64,000 nucleotides of DNA from contig NC_045730.1 of assembly GCF_009834535.1 (NCBI RefSeq), forward strand, positions 1,798,001 to 1,862,000, in the 5' to 3' direction. The position numbers and the translations under genes were made by a program. Under the pieces are notes generated by a model. The model saw only the letters and a list, made by a program, of their open reading frames with translations. It searched no databases and had not been told where the DNA came from. Origin of the DNA: Camelus ferus (lineage: Eukaryota). How positions within the stretch are numbered: position 1 is the stretch's first letter; each line of letters starts with the position of its first letter. This document shows positions 55,870 through 64,000 of the stretch, piece by piece.

Positions 55870-57500
55870 TCCCCTAAAACCGCAGTGACCGTCCTGGTGA
55901 GGCTGACCACGCCATTCCACAAACACACAGGCCACTTGGAAGGAAAGAGGCCTGCTTACTATGGAGAATAAACAGGTGAAACGTGGCTCAAAGCACAGTG
56001 AAGCTCTTAGAAGCAGGACAGCTTCCAAAGAGGTGGCAGTGATCCACTGCCGGTGTCACCCGAAGGAGGGGCAGCAAGGTGGGCACAACTGCCAAAGGGC
56101 GGCCCTCGGACCAAGCGCTTGGCATCCACCCCTCACACCTGCAAGGCCAGACCCATCCACTTACTCCCCCGTCTACACAAAGGGAGAAGCAGGAGCCCAG
56201 AAACGGGGCTTCCGCGGAGATCTAAGAAGCTGGGGGGCGGGGGGTGCTGATGAACACGGACACCACTTCTTTCCCAAACTGCTCCTTGTCCGGCCCTCGG
56301 GAAGGCTCACTGAGGAACTCACTCCGGGGGGCGCCCTGTATAGTCGGTTAGCCGAGGTCATGGTAACTCCTGGCATGAACAGTGTCATCAGCTGCATAGT
56401 TGAGACGCATCCCATCTGCACAACAAACAACCCCAATACCATGCCCTCCAGAGACCTCCGGGTGGGGCCTGCTCAGACCAGGGGGGTGTGTCCTGGAGGA
56501 CAGGCAGGCTGATTCCACAGCCATGCCGAGGATACCAGGCAGTTTCAGGGACATCTTGGCACTAGTGGACACGTCTCCTGGGTGGGTGCAACACTTCCCT
56601 GCTGGCAGCAACGCGGCGGCTGAAGTGGCTAAGGCACTGCTAAGAGGAACAATCCCCAGGCTGGGCTCCCAGGTTCCCTACAAAGTGACAATGGTCCAGC
56701 ATTTGTGCCTCAAGTGACAAAGGGGATAACCAGTGCCCTGGACATAAAATGGACCCTGCACTCAGCCTGGAGATTCCATTGTGGGGAATGTAGGCAGAGC
56801 CAACCAGACCTTGAAACCTGCTTCACCTAAGCTAGGTCAGGACACCCAAGAAAATCGGACTTTGTAAGCTCCGTGCACAGGAGCCCCAGGGGTAAGTTAA
56901 GTGTGGTTGAACTCACATGTGTGGAACCCATTCCCCTAGCTTGAGACAAGGGACACCTTAGCCCTTCAAAATGGAACAAGTCAAGTTTGCCACCCAGAAA
57001 GGAGAAACCAGGAAAGCCTTCACGGAAAAAAGTGACCAGGTGCTGCCCAGCTCTGGCCCTGCGTCCCTTCCGGCCAGGAGCCCGGGGGCACCTAACAACC
57101 TGGAAAACCAGGGCCTGCGAGCCCAGCTCCCTCCTAAGTGGACAGACCCCACTTAGTGACCCTGACCACCTGCTCTGCCCTAAAGTTGCAGGGGTCACTC
57201 CAGGGGGGCAGCGCACCCAAAGGAACAGGCCCCCGAGCCCCAACCTCCAGTGACAACTTGGGACAACAGACCACCTGGACCACTCGCACGAGCCTCTCTC
57301 TTCCAAAAAACCACCACTGTGTGAGCCGGGCACGCGGGCCCGCAGGCAAAGACCTGGAGGCCTGCGCTCTCAGGGCCCTCCTCTCTTGCTAACACGCGAC
57401 GCGCATCTTAAACCGTCTGGCGGCCTTTGTCTCCAGGAGGCTGGACAAGCGGTGGTCGCGAACAGTCAGGGCGGAGGCCTGGGGACAAGCAGACAGCCCG
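55870..57500 (+). mobile_element. Decayed class I (ERV1/gamma-like) endogenous retrovirus internal region: RNase H, integrase, env cytoplasmic tail
   Basis: Frameshifted translations: WKERGLLT (55937), LLEAGQLPK/EVAVIHC, ICTTNNP, RQADSTAMP...LVDTSPGWVQHFP, EVAKALL, QSDNGPAFV (56681), ALDIKWTLHSAWR, VGRANQTLK, LPPKWT/LVTLTTCSALKL, and env-like ILNRLAAFVSRRL (57405-57443). Confidence 0.88.
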
Positions 57501-57649
57501 AGGGCCCGGGAGCAGTCCTGCTCCTCCCGCAGGGCCACGGCCGGCCGGCCAGGCTCGCGGGGGGGGCAGTCCCTCCGCCCGACAGCCAGAGCAGGGCAAG
57601 GCAGAGGCGGAGCCCCCGCACAACGCCTGGGGGATAGAAGTAGAGCCCA

Positions 57650-58020
57650 GGTAATGCGGTAAAGCCCAACCTTTCGTCCTCTGTGCTGGGTAGCTTCACC
57701 TGCTCAGGGGCCGCTCCGGGGCTTCAGATCAGGTCCCCGGAGCAAAAGGGACGCACCCACACTTCAAGGTGCCGCGGCAGCGGGGCAGAGGGCGGGGACA
57801 CTGCCCAGGCCCAGCCCTGCCCTCACGAGAGCCCTGCCCTCGCGGGAGTCCTGCCCTTGCGAGAGCCCCGCCCAGGAGCCCCGCCCCCGACCTGGGGCCC
57901 CGCCCCCGCCCTGGAGCAGATCCCTATAAAGCTGCCCGGTCCAGGTGTGGCGGGGACAGTGTGTGCTGTTTGCACCTTTCTGTTCTTCTGTCAGAGAGTA
58001 AAGTTTTCCTTTGTTCCTCA
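57650..58020 (+). mobile_element. Probable 3' LTR of the ERV1 remnant
   Basis: Follows the env tail; GC boxes, TATAAA 57925-57930, AGTAAA 57997-58002, T-rich U5-like tract ending in CA at 58020. The 5' boundary is uncertain (no clear polypurine tract). Confidence 0.55.
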
Positions 58021-61000
58021 AGGAGATGGAGACAAGGAGTTTTGCTGTAAGAATGAGCAGAGAAATTGGCAGCAGCTGTGTCCACCCTGATTAGAAAGAA
58101 ATGACAACAAAGGGGCATCAGGATGACGTTCACTGTGCTTTCCTCCAGGTCCTCACCGGAAGCCCCACGCAGTGAACCGCAGCCGTCAATCCGCAGCTCC
58201 TGTTTGTCAGTCCTAGCGGTCTGAGGCGCTGAGGTCCAAAAGGGTTACTCTACCAACCAGAAGGCAGCCTCCATGTTCCTGGAGTTGCCACCAGGAGCCG
58301 CCTTCTCCAGAGTCACAGGCAGAGACTCCAACCTGGCACCACAACCTGCTCTCCAGTGGGGCCCGCCTGCCGGCTGTGAGACCCCAGCCAGGGAGGTGTG
58401 GGTGGGACCGCCCACTTGGAAAGCCACATTTCTCTAGGATTCAGGCGGAAAACAATCCCATAGTTTATTTCTGACCCCACTATGTTCTGGGCCCCATCTG
58501 CTCAGTGGGGGAGATGCTGTCCTTTCCGGGGGATCTTGGCTTCGGGAAGGGCTGTGCCTCGCTCCCTTGTCCCTCTGCTGAAGCTTCTGGTCTCTGGGGT
58601 CCTCCCCGGTCAGACCATGGGCTGACACTACTGGGCCCCTTGTTCAAGTCTAAAAGGTGTTTCCATGTCCGTCTGCCTCAGCTCCGCTCTGACCTCTACT
58701 CTTGGGGTGGAGGAAATGAGGCTACTGCTCCCTCCCCTCGCCCACCCTGGGCACCAGAAATTCTGGGGCTCAGGCCAGCCTGAGTAGCCAGGGTCTGGGA
58801 CAGATGTTTCTGGTACACTGTTGGTGGGGGCTTTGTGTCTTCCTGGGGCTGACCCTCAGGTAGGTTGCCTTGGTCTCTGCCTGACAGGACTCCCCTGCCT
58901 GGCTGACAGCCCCGCCCTCCCTCCGCAGGGAGTCCTGAGAGTGGGAACAGGGTGAGGCCCCTTCTCAGGAACCTCCTAGCACTTAAATAGTTTTTCTTTT
59001 TCTTTTCCCCTGATTCCTTTCTCCATTTCCTCCCATTAAGGAAAACACATCTAGTCTGGAAGCAGGGGGAGAAAAAAGCTGGCTCTCACAGACAAAAAAT
59101 GTCCTTCCAAATCTATTGTTTTGTGCCTACACCTTTGCTTTTGAAAGTCAAGAGCTAGGAATGTGCCACTATTGTTTCTCTCCTAGCGGCTCTGTGCCAT
59201 CAAGACTTGAGACAAAAACCCAGGGCTGTGCGACCTGAGGGAAAGGCAGGAACAGAGAGAATCCACCAAAATGTTAGCCCAGCACAATGCTTCTGTGACC
59301 CTCAGGGTTTCGGACGCACGACTTCGGGAAAACCATGCAAAAGGCACGAGTGTCCCCGGTGTCTCCCAGCAGGGCAGGGCCCCAGGCGAGGTTCCATGGG
59401 AACGCCACGGGGAAGCCGATTCCAGCTCGGGCCCAGGCCCAGGGGAGACGGACTCACGCGGAACAGCAGGAGGCGGGCTCTCACCAGGCATGGCATCTGC
59501 TGGTGCCTTGATCCTGGCCCTCGGACTCTGGAACTTGAGAAATCAAAGCCTGCTGTTTGTACCCCCACTGCCCCTCCACGGTGCCTGTCAACGCCACCCC
59601 TGGGGACTAAGGCAGCGGCCCTGCTGGCGCGCGCTCTGACACGGGCCAGCTCCCACCATCATCTCAGCTTCGCTTCTCACGCCCTCTCCCACCTCCAGGA
59701 CCTCACAGGGCAGAGGCAGCGCCTTCACCGCCTCTCAAGACGATGGAAGACCACCTTCAGGAAGCAATCCATTAATGCCACGCATTTGGGTGCTTTTCCC
59801 AGGATGACCGTGGGTGAAGCCCAGCCCCGCACTCTCAGTGGCGAAGGGCTCCGCGTCAGCAACGCTGGTCGGTGTGCGGGGCGTGAGACGGACGGGGATG
59901 CTCCGGCTCAGCCTCAGGCGGGCTGCAGGAGGGGCCCTGGGCAGCACGCCCGGCCCGGCCCGCGCCTGGCGACATTCTGACCCCTGACGCCCTCGGCTCC
60001 TGCAGCCAAGGGGGCCTCCCCGCTGTCACCTTCTCCCTTTTCTGCCCTGAACCGCCCGCAGGTTCCAGGGCTGTGCTGAGGAGCGCCACTTTCTTGCTGC
60101 TGCAGCAGAGCTGAGGTCCCTGCCAGGCGTGAAGGCGCCGTGTGCCGTCAGCAACATTGAACTAAATTTCAGTAACTTCTGTTCTTCCCGCCGTGTGACA
60201 GAAACGCACTGCAAATCTTTCTGTTCCGGTGTTTTGCAATTCATACATTCTGCAGCAATAACAATTCTTCACAAAGGCGAAAGGGGTTTCTATTTCTCTA
60301 TCACAATTTTAGCACTTTGCTTGGAAGGACGTTAATAGCCATGAAGGTACAACAACCTGGGGTGAAATCCTCCTGCAGGGAGCGTGTAAGCCTCTGTCAC
60401 CAGTGGGGGAGGAGGGGCTCTCTTATTCTGTCCCCCCAAAACAGCCCTGTCTGGGGGTGGGGTGCAGCCACTGCCACCGGGGCTGAGCCACCCTGGGGCG
60501 TGACATTTATGGAGGCACCAAACAAAAGAAAAAAACAAACAAAAAAGCCCAAACAACTCTCAGAAATGGAGACAAATACTGTCCCCATGCAACATGTTCA
60601 AATATGAACATTCATGCAAAAGATCATGATGAACAAAATATCAGAATTTGACATAAAGACAGTTTTGTAATGAGCCATATTGGAGCCTGGGGCAAAAAAA
60701 AAATCAGGAATAGTAATCCTGTCTGTATTTAAATTTTTTTTTGTCATGGGTTTTGCATTAATTCTGATTTTTCACATACAGCATTAAAATGGCATTTATC
60801 TAGATGACTGAGATTTCGTGCCAGGCACGTCCCTCACTCACCTCACCCGCCTCTCGACGGCCCCGCTGCCACCTCTGTGGGCACCCTGCTGCCCCAAGAG
60901 CCCTCCTCCATCTGCAGGTCTTCGTGGGGCGGTGGCTCAAGGTGGGGCAGCAGCAGGGCTCCTGAGTGGACGGCGCTGGGGGCCGGGGGCCGGAAAGTCA

Positions 61001-61034
61001 GCACAGAAATGGCTGCTGCTTCCTTCCTTCCTGC

Positions 61035-61340
61035 GTTTGCTCATTTGTCCACTTGTCCGTCCGTCCGTCCACTCGTCTGTTTATTAGGTCAGCCTTCACT
61101 CAGCTGTCTGGTGCCCGCTCACGCACCCATCCATCCGGTGTTGGCTCCCCGTCGCCGCGTTCTTCACGCGTTCGCTTGTTCACTCACTCGCTCCTTTACT
61201 CTTTCATCCACTCGCTCATTCATCCATATTCACTTGTTCGCTGGCTCAACAGCTGCTTCCTGGCACGAGGCCAGGACCTGGGTCCAGGACGGGACAGGAG
61301 GTGCGTCCCAGTCCGGGGGCAGGGGGCCCTTCCCTCTCCG
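61035..61340 (-). mobile_element. L2 3' end with degenerate (CATT)n-type tail
   Basis: TTCACTCACTCGCTCC...TTCATCCACTCGCTCATTCATCCATATTCAC...CTCAACAGCTGCTTCCTGGCAC. Confidence 0.45.
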
Positions 61341-64000
61341 GCAGCCCTCCCCATGTGCCAGCAGCCCCGCCGCCTCCCGCAGCCGCGGCACAGCTGCAGC
61401 CCTGCCAGTGAAGGCAGGTGCCCCTCCTGCGTGGAGGCCTCGGGGCACAAGCAGGAGAGACCACAGAGTCTGCCCTGCACGGCCAGGGGGAGGCGGGAGG
61501 ACTCCCGAGCAGGACAAGGTGGCTGGGGGCACCGAGGTCAGCGTTCAAAGGGCGCTGGCTGGAGTTGGGGGATGGAGGGAAGATGCTGGTGAATCGCTCC
61601 CCCCCAACACTGTACTGTCCTCTGCCGGCCGGGCAGCCCTCGGGTGCTGTCATCGTGGGGACAGAGACTCCAGGCTGGACCGTTAGAGTAAACTTGGGGG
61701 AAGGGGTGAGTGTCGAGTTCAGGCGTGGGCCACCCAGGAGTCGGGACTTTAAAAGGGGCCAGAAAGGAGGCTCTTTCCTCCTGAGAACTCATGTTCTCTG
61801 ATGCCAGGGGCAGAGCCGAGGCAGCCCACGGCCCGTGCGGGGCGGTGGCTTGTAGCCGGCCACCCCTTTCAGAGTGACGCCACCAGGCTGGGCTGCGCCG
61901 CCGCAGGCAGGTGTTCTGCTCCCGATGAAGACCCTGTTGATGTTTCCAAGCTTATACCACGTGTGGTTGACGGTGAGCACGTGGAACCTGTGTTCTCTCC
62001 ACACTTTTTCACAACAGAACAGCTTTCCAAGGGCAGGCTCCAGGAGGGAGCTGCGGCTGGGTGCGGAACGGAGTGACATGACACCCACGTATGTCTGCTC
62101 TAACCCAGTGGGAGAAGAGTCTCGTCTACACCGGTGCTGGCGAGTCTGCTGGCGGGGGGCGCAGGCAACGCTCCTGCTTCTTGGAACTGTCTCGATGGTC
62201 ACCAGCCCCCTGGCCACCGCAAGCAGAAGGAGTGTTCAGTCCACGAAATCAGGAGGGGGTTGGGTCAGCCAGGTACAGACCACTCCCAGGATCCAGGGCT
62301 GCCGTCCCCACACACCTGCCAGCCGTGTGGATGCAACCCTGTGTCAATTGTCACTGTGGCGCCATTCACAGGAGGCTGAGGTAGAGCAGGGCAGGTGGAG
62401 AGCTTGGCTCAGGCTGAGACTCCCGGGCAGAGGGAAAGGGGCAGGGTGCCCCATCCCACTCTGTGACCACCTGCACTGCTGGAAATCAGGGGGCCTAGGG
62501 GATGGAGGGGAGGCTTCCAGGTCATTTTGCTCGGTGACCTGAGGATGCCCTGCCGTTGAACCATGAACAAGTCAAGGTTCACCCAGACACAGGTGCTTAT
62601 GGGAGGCCCAACCTTTCAGAGACCTGGGGGTTCGTTTTCCCTCTGACATGCACATTTGCATCCAGGTATTAACCAGCCACCACTAAACGATGTTCAGGCC
62701 CCAGTGCCCAAGGTAACGGTGAGGACCGGGGACGCACACCCACTCCCTGACCTGGGCATCCACACATACCGGTGCGAAGCTTCCCCGAGAGCCCAGGAGG
62801 TGTCGCCAGTGTCCTCAGAATGGAAGCCACGGCCTCTGGGGACACGACCAGAGTGAAGGGAGCCGTCCTTCCCGGCAGCGATGCGATGACTGTCGGTGGG
62901 GGGCGTAGAATTACTCCAGCATTTAGTGAGACCCCGGCTCTGAAGTGCAGGAAGTGCCCTTTCCAAGCTCATCCGGGCGGGTGTGTCCTCTGTGTGCGCG
63001 GCCTCGCTCACGACTGCGCCCAGTCAGAGGCGAGCAGCCTCACCCCCAACAGCCCGTCCCCACAGACCCCCGAGGGCGGCCTGGGAGGGTTCCAAATTTC
63101 GTTTGGTGTTGGGGGGGGGGGCCTGGCCGCGCACAGGCACCTCAGGGGTGTGGTCAGGAGGCTGTGGGCTCTCTCCAGTCTCCCTGCTTCCTCTCAGAAA
63201 ACCCAGGAAGCAGAGGCTCCCAGCAAGTCTGTATTTAACCAAGTTCAAGTCCAAGTCAGCATGAGTTTCCGACCTCAACCAGACGGAGGGGAGAGGAGCT
63301 GCAGCAGAAGCAGGTTCGGAAGACGCTCCTGCCCAGGACAGGTCCGGCGCTACAACTGAGGGACAGCACGGGGCCTCGCCCCCAAACAGGATGCTTTCTG
63401 AACACGCAGGAGGAAGCGAGGTGGGTCTGGAGGGACGCGGGGGGCTTCCCTCCAGGCAAGCCCACCAGGGCCCGGCCTCTCTGGGCCGTGGTTCCCGAGC
63501 TTTGCCTCGAGGGGTGATCGCCCGCCTCCCGGCCTGGGCTTTGCCTGGTCCCCTCCTTCTCGTGCAGATGCCACGAGGACTCAGGCGGGTCCTGGACCCG
63601 CTCTCCAGCCGGAGACGCCTGACCCTGGGTTTGGGGAGCTGCTCCCTAAGGCCACAGACACCCCTGGGCCACCGCCTTAAGACCAATTACAAACACCTGC
63701 GGGCTACTTTGTGCGAAACCACGGCCGCTCTGCATGGGTCACAGTTTTTCCCGCGGTTTTATTCTGCAGTTTGGCACTTGCCACAGGGGGCTCACACTTC
63801 CAGAAATCCGGCCCAGAATCATAAAGGAGGGATTATTTTGTGTTTAGTGGAGCACTGAACTGGCGATGCACGGCTGTGGTGCTGGTGGGGCCGACTCCCC
63901 GTTGCCATGGCAGCGGAGCGTGCCCGGCCAGGCGGCCCCTCCTTTCCGTGGAGACCCCACGGGCCGTGCGCCGAGGGAAAGCAGGCTTGTCAGGGCTCCC

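Noticed and set aside
54000-55870. 5' LTR, primer-binding site or gag for the ERV
   Set aside because: No copy of the 57.8-58.0 kb LTR sequence and no gag or RT motifs could be recognised upstream.
53303-63686. Long intergenic ORFs (53303-54082, 59207-59980, 60877-61686, 63024-63686)
   Set aside because: No domain similarity; some overlap decayed L2-like sequence.
27250-64000. KLF6 or another protein-coding gene expected by synteny
   Set aside because: No C2H2 zinc-finger or other cellular coding exons were found; any such gene lies outside the window.

Overview
Mammalian genomic DNA, very probably camelid (two tRNA-Ala-derived SINEs of the Vic-1 type; no Alu, B1, Bov-tA or PRE elements seen). 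It is the locus syntenic to human 10p15. It holds the last five coding exons of PFKP (+, 638-3797) and, tail-to-tail, a complete intact 27-exon PITRM1 (-, CDS 26530->4980). I assembled all 27 exons by hand: 3084 nt, 1027 aa, all introns GT-AG, HXXEH motif intact. PITRM1 has a CpG-island promoter at about 26-27 kb. From 27 to 64 kb I find no cellular protein-coding gene: old L1/L2/MIR/MLT1 fragments, a decayed class I ERV (RNase H-integrase, env tail, probable 3' LTR), a minisatellite, a Z-DNA-type tract and several enhancer- or insulator-like motifs. I cannot support a wholly new biological system. The strongest leads are (i) a regional AT->GC substitution bias visible in old transposons and in the PITRM1 protein, (ii) a roughly 21-bp-phased array of GC boxes in the PITRM1 promoter, (iii) candidate poison-splicing and intronic poly(A) features in PITRM1, (iv) a possible divergent two-exon lncRNA, (v) a perfect 27-bp palindrome, and (vi) a CpG-rich LTR with promoter motifs. 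Comparisons to human proteins and repeat consensus sequences are from memory and need real alignments.
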